From the IMG/VR virus record IMGVR_UViG_3300032233_000832, positions 1 through 26,208 of that record: a DNA stretch of 26,208 bases. One strand, 5' to 3'. A program made the position numbers and the translations under genes. The DNA is from a virus. Lineage: Duplodnaviria > Caudoviricetes. The notes under the pieces are model-generated. The model saw nothing but the letters and a program-made list of their open reading frames with translations. It was not told the DNA's origin and did no database searches. Shown here in pieces: positions 18,806-26,208 of this stretch (position 1 is the stretch's first letter; each line of letters opens with the position of its first letter).

Positions 18806-21670
18806 TTAACCCACACCCATACTCACATATTGTATTATTGGTTGAATTGCAATTGTGTTAGAATTTTTTGATCCGTCAGTATATGTATCTAGTTTGGAAG
18901 TTGATGGAGATCCAGACACAAGTTGGGCAACTTGATTTGATCCAGTAATATTAGAACTTTGTGGTCCCAATATTGCGCCGTCATTATTTCCTCCGCTGTG
19001 AATATCACTTCTCACTGATGTTGTAGTTGGTCTAGCTCCAGTAGATTGCCCAGTTCTTTGTTGTCTATTAGTATTATTAGAAAGTCTCCTTCCAGTTGAA
19101 TTAAGTTCTAAATGGCCTATGACTGTTTTTCCGGTACCAGGAAGAATGGCATTATTCCCAAGAGCTTCATTTGATCGCCTGACATCCCTAAGGAAAACTG
19201 GAACTGTGGTTCCCCTTGGAACATTTATATCCAATGATGCGCCAGATCCGCTATGGGTATGTTGCCTAGCTGCACCCCTAAGTAAATCTGCATAATATTT
19301 GTCATCTTTACCTGATAATACTCTTGTTCCATTTGACAATTCTACTGGAACTCCATTATTTGCCAATGTTCTTACTATTGGTATTACATCTTTTATTACA
19401 TCATCTAGGGTACCTCCACTACCAGGAATAGGTTGAAAATGTGCATGTGCCCAATTTGGGTCACTCATTCTTGTACGTCCACTCAATCCAAATTTTATTC
19501 CACCTGTTCCACCACCTCCACCGGCACCAGCAAAAAAACTAACATAAGCATTTGCACCATATCCATATCTTTTATTCATTTCTGAACGACCAGATTTTTC
19601 CATTTCCTTTTCAAAAAGATCAACCGCCGCTCTAACATCTTTCATATTACGAATTCTATTATATGTTCCACGTTGTTTCATTTCCACAACCAACCATTCC
19701 AATTGAGTTCTCAATTTGTATGGATCTTTATTATTTTCCCTTGCCCATGATAACATATCTGCCCATCTTGAAGGTTCCCATTGTGCTATTCCTTTATGAT
19801 CTGCGTTATTACTTACTCCTTCTCTTGTATTCATTGAGCCACTTTCTTGCAATAAGTTACCAAGAATTCCAGATGCTGCCTCTGGTGTAAACCCCAATTC
19901 TTTAACAAAATAATTATAAGTTTCTCTTGCATTTGCATGATCAGTTAGGTTTGGACTTCCTCCTTCTGCCCCAATTCCTCCACCTGAAGTTTGAGCACCA
20001 GTAGATGTGTCTTCTATTCCTTTCAAACTTAAGTTTCTGCGAATATCAGAAAAAATATCATTAGATCTCATGTTTACCATAGAAACCATAGACTCATAAA
20101 ATTCATCGGATAAATTTTTTCTTTGAATTCCTCTGGTTGATCCCAATCCAATTTGACCACCATTTGCAGCAGTTAATATTTGTCTGCTAACAGAATTTAC
20201 TCCATATGATTCTGGATCATATGCAGATTCAACCATATAATTTAATTGATTTGCAAAATTTCTAAAGATTTTTTTATCTACTTGTTGTCCCAATGCCAGA
20301 TCAACACCAGCAGCCATCAATGCACTGAATGAATTTTTTTTCAATATTTCGGATGTTCTAACCAATGCCTTATATGGATTTGCTTGCTGATCATCATTTG
20401 GATCTGGATATAGTTTTTTAATACTAGCTTCCCCCCCAACATTTTTTCCTGGTTGAACTCTATCAAATCTTTTTATTGATGGTCTATGTCTAGGTCTTGG
20501 TCTTCTTGTATTATTACCCGAATTATTTGTGGACGTTCTTCCTCCTACTGATCCACCCTGAGCTTGAGTTGTAACTTGCCAACCTGCCATAGGGGCAATC
20601 ATATCATATAAAGAAGTTCCAATTAAATCACCTATATACCCACCAATTAGTCCACCTACAATTGCGCCAATCCCAAGTGTACCTGCGCCAACTATTGCTG
20701 CTGCAATTCCAGCACCTATCATAGAACCAACTGCGCCCGCAGCAGCTCTTCCAACTGGTTCTCCCATCATAAAATCAATAAAAAATCCTATCAGTGGTCC
20801 AATGATTGCAACTTTACCAAATGCACCTTTAATTCCTCTAATTCCAGCTCTAGCTGCATTTGCTTCACCACCCACAGTAACTCTAGGTCCTGTTCTAAAC
20901 GGATTTCTAACATCTCCACTTGAAGTTACTCCAGGTCTTGTTCTAAATGGATTTCTAAAATCATCACCTGAAGTTACTCCGGGTCTTCCTCTACCTCTAT
21001 CCCTACCTCTGCCTCTTCTATCCCCAGGAAATCCATCAGAACCTGAACCAGAGCTGGCAATTGCCAATCCAACAACAATAGCACCATTTAAAAATTTATT
21101 TAATAAAGAAGATGTATTGTCAAATACCTTTTCGAAATTTTCTCCTCCTATATTTTTGACTATTTTTCTTGTGGTGTCATATACTTTATATCCAAAATTA
21201 ATTGATCTAACAACATTTTTAAAAAATTCAGTTGTAAATTTAGATATAAATTCTGACAAATAAATTACATTTTTTGTTACCCATGCAATTTGAGGAGCAA
21301 ATTGTATTAGCTTTGGTGTGGCCCAAGCTAATAAATTCATAAGAATAAATTGATTTATACTTTGAAGAATGCCACCAGTTCCTGATGGTGGAGTAAGATC
21401 AATCTTAGATGTAGTTCCTACTTTTTTTTCTGCTGTCTTTTCTTTCTGTCTTCTATTTTCTATCTCTTTCTTTCTTCTTTCAATATCTTCTAATTTTTTT
21501 CCCAACAAAGAACTAGACTTTAATATAAACTCAATCTTCTTTAATTCATTATGTAATGCACTTAAATTATCAGATATTGGACAGCATTTATTTGAATTTG
21601 CACCAGGAATGTTTGGTGATCTAGGAATTAATGTTGTTGTTGGTCGTATTATCGGTGTTTGAGTTGCCAT
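18806..21670 (-). CDS. Tape-measure-like/ejection protein with phage tail lysozyme (Phage_lysozyme2-like) and M23-like domains
   Basis: 954 aa: coiled coil, Gly/Ala-rich hydrophobic hairpin (GRAAAGAVGSMIGAGIAA..GGLIGGYIGD), GFTPEAASGILGNLLQES...GIAQW..R...QLEW...E...FE...E, then HxH and H..D motifs. Confidence 0.75.
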   Translation of the reverse strand: MATQTPIIRPTTTLIPRSPNIPGANSNKCCPISDNLSALHNELKKIEFILKSSSLLGKKLEDIERRKKEIENRRQKEKTAEKKVGTTSKIDLTPPSGTGGILQSINQFILMNLLAWATPKLIQFAPQIAWVTKNVIYLSEFISKFTTEFFKNVVRSINFGYKVYDTTRKIVKNIGGENFEKVFDNTSSLLNKFLNGAIVVGLAIASSGSGSDGFPGDRRGRGRDRGRGRPGVTSGDDFRNPFRTRPGVTSSGDVRNPFRTGPRVTVGGEANAARAGIRGIKGAFGKVAIIGPLIGFFIDFMMGEPVGRAAAGAVGSMIGAGIAAAIVGAGTLGIGAIVGGLIGGYIGDLIGTSLYDMIAPMAGWQVTTQAQGGSVGGRTSTNNSGNNTRRPRPRHRPSIKRFDRVQPGKNVGGEASIKKLYPDPNDDQQANPYKALVRTSEILKKNSFSALMAAGVDLALGQQVDKKIFRNFANQLNYMVESAYDPESYGVNSVSRQILTAANGGQIGLGSTRGIQRKNLSDEFYESMVSMVNMRSNDIFSDIRRNLSLKGIEDTSTGAQTSGGGIGAEGGSPNLTDHANARETYNYFVKELGFTPEAASGILGNLLQESGSMNTREGVSNNADHKGIAQWEPSRWADMLSWARENNKDPYKLRTQLEWLVVEMKQRGTYNRIRNMKDVRAAVDLFEKEMEKSGRSEMNKRYGYGANAYVSFFAGAGGGGGTGGIKFGLSGRTRMSDPNWAHAHFQPIPGSGGTLDDVIKDVIPIVRTLANNGVPVELSNGTRVLSGKDDKYYADLLRGAARQHTHSGSGASLDINVPRGTTVPVFLRDVRRSNEALGNNAILPGTGKTVIGHLELNSTGRRLSNNTNRQQRTGQSTGARPTTTSVRSDIHSGGNNDGAILGPQSSNITGSNQVAQLVSGSPSTSKLDTYTDGSKNSNTIAIQPIIQYVSMGVG

Positions 21671-21672
21671 TA

Positions 21673-24279
21673 TTATACTTTAATTCCCAATAATTCTGCG
21701 TTTTCTGTTCGAGTGGAAACAGATTTTGGTGCAATTGCGGAGAAAGATTCGACCATAGTTTCTCCGGGTGGTGTAGTTTTTGTTGGTTGATTTGCATAGA
21801 TTGGAGGTAAAGTTGATATATCAAATCCACCAGTTCTTGGTCGAGGTCCAGGTGCAGATATATTGGGAGAACTTGGGGCAAATGATACTCTTCCATTTCC
21901 TCTTCTAGTTCCAGTTCTTTTATTTTCCTCTTCCTCTAATTGTTTCAAATTTAATGGTCCGCTGAGAACCAATTTTCTTTCTATTGCAACTCTGTCCCTA
22001 CTTATTCCATCTCTTTGTAGCTCCTTTGCTACGACTCTCATATCTCCAGATTTTAATCCAGCAGTAAGTTTTTTATATTGGCCAAGTGGAGCATATACTC
22101 CAGCATTAAATCCAAGCATCATAAGTCCAGCTTTTTGATTTGCTGACATACGTTTCCAGTAGGGTATATTGGAAGAATAATAATTTGACATATCTTGAAG
22201 CTGAAACTTCAAGATACCATCTGCCTTTGATTTTGTAATTACATCGTTTATTCCAACTCTTTTATTTCCGGTCCTTAAACTATCATAAAAAGTTGATCCC
22301 CAACCTATAATTGGATTATCATTAGGTCTAACCCGATATGCATATATTTTTCTATTTGGGTCTGATGCTATTTTTGACCAAGGAATATTACTAATTGAAC
22401 TTTTTAATCCAGGTGATATGTAATCGTTTACTCCTTTAGTCAAAGAAGATAATTTCTCATCCCCCATAAGGCCATTCATTGCAATTCCAACTTCACCACC
22501 TTGATTTGCTAATTGTATATTGTTTGCAATTCCAGGTCTTGATAATTTGCCAACAGATTTATTCAATGATTCAAAATAACCTGCTCCATATCTATTGACA
22601 GCAGATCTAGTCATAACATATTCGCCAGGACTCAATGCAACCAATTGAGTATCTTGTCCAGCTCCAGTGATTGGCATTCCAGATGAAGTATCAACAGGAC
22701 CACCACCATCAAATGAAACATCATTGATATTTGTTCTTTTTTTGTTCATGAATCTAAATGGCCTTACCATTCCACCATTTGCAAAAGATTGTCTCTTTGG
22801 AGTTACATCAGAAAAATCTGCATTTGGTCCCGGTATTTGATTCTCCATTGAATTTTTACCTATCTGTGCTGCTAGATATGTTGCTCCTATACCTGCACCA
22901 AGCCAAAGTGCTTTTTTTCCTGCACTAGCTAGTATTGCTCGTAATGCTTTAAATCCATTACTCGCAATATATTTTCCTAAATTAATTACAAATCCAACAC
23001 TAGATCTAACGAATTTACCAAAGCTGGTGCAATATAAAACAAAAGTTCCAAGTAATGCTGGCCACCAATCTTTAAAAAATCTACCAAGAGATGACACCAT
23101 TTCTTTATTTTTTGGGTCAGCTACCCATTTTATCATATCAATGAAAGACTTTGCCAAAATATTGGTGATAAGAAATTCAATGATATTATCCATTATTCCC
23201 TGAACTGGGGAAAGCATATTAGTAAATGATTGCTTCAACTGTTTTGTTGATGCTTCGTAATCTTTTTCTGTTTGTCTTCTTCTTCTTTCTTCTTCTGATA
23301 TGTAAGTTCTATTTCTATTTGAATAAGAAAGAGTCTGTTGACTTGATAGTAACTCTGTTATATTTTTTGCTGTCTTTAATATCTTTTCTAATATATCTAT
23401 TTGTTCGGCACAACAATCTGACTGACTTCCGCCAGAAATGATATTTCTTCTACTTGCTTGCGTTGTGGTTGCAGTAATTCTTGCTCCAACCTGGGCGCCT
23501 CTACCAGTTCTTGTTCTAGTTCTAGTTCTTCCAGTTGTTTGTGTAGATGATCTTTTTGGAGTAAAATCAAGTGGAATTTTTGGTACTGTGATTTTACCAC
23601 TTGGTCCATTACCTAATGTTCCAAACTTTTGAAGTATTAAAAGTTTTACAACTTGAAATACCTTTTTTCCATGTAATTTTGAAATTTTTGTTATACCATA
23701 TCCACTAACAGATTTGATCCAATCTGTATATTCTTTATCTCTAGTGGATCTTTTTATTCTGTTCTTTGTAATGTAACAAGCTCTATCAAAATCAGATTCA
23801 AACTCTATTTCTACGTTCCACCAGTTTGTTTTTGCAAATTGCAATTCATCTGGCAAATCTTCATCAATAAAAGTATTTCCTTTTAATAATTGATTAAGGT
23901 CATTTTTTGCCCCAATGTTAGCTGTGGTTACATTTGCAGCATCATTGTCTAATTTATTATTACCGGAAATAAATCTTCTTGCAGACCTTACTGTAGGAGT
24001 TGGTGGAGTAACTTTAATATTATTATCTTTGTCTTCTTTTGTTATATATTTTTTAATTTCTTCTGTATATGCATTGTGAATTTTATCATTAAATGCTTCA
24101 TTTATAAACTTAGTATATTGAGTCTTATCAAATTTATGATTGATAAACCACTTTGCAGCATAATATTTAAATTTTTGGTCAGGATAATTAGTAGGCAGCA
24201 AATAGTAAATAAACTCATTTACTGCCTTTTTTTGTGTTGGAGTTAATTTTAAATTATCAATAGACCAATTGTTTGCCAT
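21673..24279 (-). CDS. Tape-measure-like/ejection protein with C-terminal GH24-like lysozyme domain
   Basis: 868 aa with the tape-measure motif GG.V...GAG.DTQLVALSPGEYVM..SAV..YG..YF..LN and AY......P.IGWGST...IT...AD.....MS.NQ.A.L....FN.G...R...E..L. Confidence 0.72.
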   Translation of the reverse strand: MANNWSIDNLKLTPTQKKAVNEFIYYLLPTNYPDQKFKYYAAKWFINHKFDKTQYTKFINEAFNDKIHNAYTEEIKKYITKEDKDNNIKVTPPTPTVRSARRFISGNNKLDNDAANVTTANIGAKNDLNQLLKGNTFIDEDLPDELQFAKTNWWNVEIEFESDFDRACYITKNRIKRSTRDKEYTDWIKSVSGYGITKISKLHGKKVFQVVKLLILQKFGTLGNGPSGKITVPKIPLDFTPKRSSTQTTGRTRTRTRTGRGAQVGARITATTTQASRRNIISGGSQSDCCAEQIDILEKILKTAKNITELLSSQQTLSYSNRNRTYISEEERRRRQTEKDYEASTKQLKQSFTNMLSPVQGIMDNIIEFLITNILAKSFIDMIKWVADPKNKEMVSSLGRFFKDWWPALLGTFVLYCTSFGKFVRSSVGFVINLGKYIASNGFKALRAILASAGKKALWLGAGIGATYLAAQIGKNSMENQIPGPNADFSDVTPKRQSFANGGMVRPFRFMNKKRTNINDVSFDGGGPVDTSSGMPITGAGQDTQLVALSPGEYVMTRSAVNRYGAGYFESLNKSVGKLSRPGIANNIQLANQGGEVGIAMNGLMGDEKLSSLTKGVNDYISPGLKSSISNIPWSKIASDPNRKIYAYRVRPNDNPIIGWGSTFYDSLRTGNKRVGINDVITKSKADGILKFQLQDMSNYYSSNIPYWKRMSANQKAGLMMLGFNAGVYAPLGQYKKLTAGLKSGDMRVVAKELQRDGISRDRVAIERKLVLSGPLNLKQLEEEENKRTGTRRGNGRVSFAPSSPNISAPGPRPRTGGFDISTLPPIYANQPTKTTPPGETMVESFSAIAPKSVSTRTENAELLGIKV

Positions 24280-24459
24280 TTATTTTCCTGATTTGGCTTT
24301 AGCTTCTTCTTCTTCTAAATGTTGATTTAGCATAGTCACATAAAGCTCCCGTTCAAATGGAATGAGGTTTTCAATATCACTTAATGAATATTTATGGTAT
24401 TGCATTAAAGAAAAATTTAATCTATAATAATTTTCAAGGTCCATGTGGACCATGCTCAT
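24280..24459 (-). CDS. gp51: gp51-like baseplate hub assembly protein (59 aa; start may be 24459, 24453 or 24444)
   Basis: Not in the ORF track. MSMVHMDLENYYRLNFSLMQYHKYSLSDIENLIPFERELYVTMLNQHLEEEELKAKSGK*. NF.LMQ.HKYSL..IEN..P.ER..Y is the T4-like cyanophage gp51 signature. Confidence 0.88.
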   Translation of the reverse strand: MSMVHMDLENYYRLNFSLMQYHKYSLSDIENLIPFERELYVTMLNQHLEEEEAKAKSGK

Positions 24460-25175
24460 GCGAAAAAACTTGATAACCCTTCAAGAGTAGCTTCACTTTC
24501 AACTTTTGTTTTTGGATTTACCACAGTTATTTTATGAGATAATTTTGGCATAGTTTCAAAGAATTTTTCAATCTGTTTAAATTGAGATGAATTCATTTGA
24601 TCTAAGAATTCAATTAGCTCTTTCTTTGTTACGTCAGAATCGGTCCAGACTTCTTCTTCTGTATAAATTTTACCAATACAATTTGCAATCATCTCAAAGG
24701 ATTGTTCAGTTACATTTTGATTTGAAAAATCAAAATTGTTTTTAATAAATTGATCCAGAGATGGATACTTCATCTCCATCATAACATTATCATCAATTTT
24801 AATTTTATTTGTATGTTCTGGATTTTCGATAACTTTGATTGATTCAATATCAATTTTCACTGGAACAGTAGTCTCATTATCATCTGGACAAATAATAGAA
24901 ACTTCAACTTCTTCTCCAACTGATTTTGCTCTAATGTTAAGGAACAAAAACTCAATGTCAAAAGTAGGAAGCAATTCAATTTTTATTGTCTTTGTCTCTA
25001 GACAATTTTTAATTACTGTCTTGATTGCATTTGTTATTTGTTTTGGATCTTCACTTTCCAATGCAAGTAGAAGTAGTTTTTCTTCTTTTACCAAAAATGG
25101 TCTGTATTTTATTGTCTCTTTTGTTGATGGCAATTCTAGCTCAAAAATTGGCGCAACAATTTTAGGTAATGGCAT
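24456..25175 (-). CDS. gp26: Baseplate hub subunit/assembly chaperone gp26
   Basis: MPLPKI..P.FEL.LPS....IKYRPFLVKEEK.LL.A.ES...FDIE.LFLNIR.KSVGE...MKYP...FFETMPKL.H...EGL.SFF. Confidence 0.92.
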   Translation of the reverse strand: MPLPKIVAPIFELELPSTKETIKYRPFLVKEEKLLLLALESEDPKQITNAIKTVIKNCLETKTIKIELLPTFDIEFLFLNIRAKSVGEEVEVSIICPDDNETTVPVKIDIESIKVIENPEHTNKIKIDDNVMMEMKYPSLDQFIKNNFDFSNQNVTEQSFEMIANCIGKIYTEEEVWTDSDVTKKELIEFLDQMNSSQFKQIEKFFETMPKLSHKITVVNPKTKVESEATLEGLSSFFA

Positions 25176-25205
25176 ATTAAATTAATAATAAGGTTTATAT
25201 TGAGT

Positions 25206-25213
25206 TATTTATT
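25206..25213 (-). promoter_or_regulatory. Late promoter motif AATAAATA
   Basis: tatttatt on the plus strand in the intergenic gap, 30 nt upstream of gp26. Confidence 0.65.
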
Positions 25214-25216
25214 AGA

Positions 25217-25897
25217 CTAAGCTGGTAATGGTTCACCAGGAACCGGAACAAAAAAGTTTCCAGTATTATTAGGATTTAACTTGTCGGGTGAGATTTCTAC
25301 AACTGCATCACCAATAAAATAACGAGAATAAGTAAAGGAAACTGTGGTAGTTAATATATTAGAGCGTTCATATCCTATTGGCATTGATGGCATATCTGTA
25401 GGATATGCATCAACAAAAGTATATCTTATTCCTTTATTATAGTCTCTGTCAAATTTGTCTATAACAATAGTTCCTCTATAATTTTCTGGGTAATTTACTT
25501 TATAATGATAATTGCTACCTTCAATATTGTTTGCTTGTTCATTTGCAATATATTGCATCCAATATTCAAAGAATTTTATAATGTTATAGTTTGAATCTAC
25601 ATAAAAAGTAAAATCTGATTTATTATCATATGATCTTCTATATGCAATTTTTTCAGTAACACCAGTAAAATCATTTGTTGCATCATGAGTAAAGAAGCTA
25701 GATCCAGGTAAAGTTGCGGAAGAACAAGATAGAGTTGTCAATGTCTTGTCATATACTAAATTTCTATATTTTTCAATCCATGTTGTTGTTTTTGAGTTTG
25801 GAATAATGGCGCACTCATAATGAGATGTCATTGCAGGATTCAAAAGAGTCCTTACAATGTCAGACATATTTCTTGGCTTTGAGGTGTGTTGTGCCAT
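25217..25897 (-). CDS. Tail tube-fold protein (gp19/gp54-like, tube initiator)
   Basis: 226 aa with L.C..A.LPGSS, GVTEK.AYRR.YD....TFYVD..Y....FFE.W, Y.F..AYP.....P..Y.....L...VSF.Y.RY. Confidence 0.75.
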   Translation of the reverse strand: MAQHTSKPRNMSDIVRTLLNPAMTSHYECAIIPNSKTTTWIEKYRNLVYDKTLTTLSCSSATLPGSSFFTHDATNDFTGVTEKIAYRRSYDNKSDFTFYVDSNYNIIKFFEYWMQYIANEQANNIEGSNYHYKVNYPENYRGTIVIDKFDRDYNKGIRYTFVDAYPTDMPSMPIGYERSNILTTTVSFTYSRYFIGDAVVEISPDKLNPNNTGNFFVPVPGEPLPA

Positions 25898-25926
25898 AAA
25901 TATACTATATCTTATCTATTATTTAG
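25896..25926. promoter_or_regulatory. Pair of oppositely oriented late promoter motifs
   Basis: ATAAATA on the plus strand at 25896-25902 (towards gp4) and CTAAATA on the minus strand at 25926-25920 (towards the tail operon). Confidence 0.6.
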
Positions 25927-25927
25927 T

Positions 25928-26208
25928 GTGCAAAAAAGAGAAACAAAATATAATCAAGGAATATATCATCCAATTCATCCAGAAAAATATGTTGGAAATC
26001 CAAACAACATTATCTTTCGATCTGACTGGGAAAGAAGATTTCTAAAATGGTGCGATAATGATCCAAATATATTAAAGTATGCATCAGAAGAAATTGCGAT
26101 TCCATATTTTGATGCAAGCACAGGAAGGAAAAGAAGATACTATCCAGATTTTATTATTGAAGTTTTAGATAAGAATGGAATCATAAAAAAATATATGATT
26201 GAAATAAA
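25928..26208 (+). CDS. gp4: Head completion nuclease gp4 (TnsA-like PD-(D/E)xK), 3' end outside the window
   Basis: Not in the ORF track. GTG start gives MQKRETKYNQGIYHPIHPEKYVGNPNNIIFRSDWERRFLKWCDNDPNILKYASEEIAIPYFDASTGRKRRYYPDFIIEV...YMIEIK. Confidence 0.92.
   Translation, partial: MQKRETKYNQGIYHPIHPEKYVGNPNNIIFRSDWERRFLKWCDNDPNILKYASEEIAIPYFDASTGRKRRYYPDFIIEVLDKNGIIKKYMIEI

Noticed and set aside
25857-26045. 62-aa plus-strand ORF from the track
   Set aside because: Wrong frame; the recognisable gp4 sequence begins at GTG 25928.
25928-26208. TnsA-like nuclease as a sign of a Tn7-like element
   Set aside because: The motifs and the position next to the baseplate genes match T4-like gp4, and no transposon ends or other tns genes are visible.
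1-26208. Stop-codon reassignment, introns or inteins
   Set aside because: Genes tile the window under the standard code with TAA, TAG and TGA all used as stops. I saw no interrupted conserved gene and no intein or homing-endonuclease motifs.

Overview
This 26.2 kb window is an AT-rich, gene-dense segment of a T4-like cyanomyovirus genome. The likely host is a picocyanobacterium (Synechococcus/Cyanobium type), judged from the CP12 and porin genes. Almost everything is on the minus strand and belongs to the late virion module. In order of transcription it holds a gp19/gp54-like tube-fold protein, gp26, gp51, two paralogous tape-measure-like proteins carrying cell-wall hydrolase domains, a hub-like protein, CP12, a lysozyme-less gp5 with three downstream gp5-associated genes, three small hypotheticals, tRNA-Thr(UGU), a host-type SLH/OprB porin with its own terminator, a 1769-aa structural protein, a duplicated cassette with a glycine-rich adhesin-like domain, and a collagen-like fibre that runs off the left end. 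The gp4 head-completion nuclease starts divergently at the right end. Four real genes are absent from the supplied ORF track: the collagen, a 57-aa hypothetical, gp51 and gp4. The best leads are (1) a candidate programmed -1 frameshift fusing gp26 to gp51 just upstream of the tape-measure-like genes, (2) an apparently circularly permuted M23 peptidase, (3) the phage-borne porin, (4) a chimeric adhesin gene flanked by ~0.5 kb direct repeats, and (5) a four-cysteine phage CP12. All family calls come from motif recognition by eye; no searches were run.
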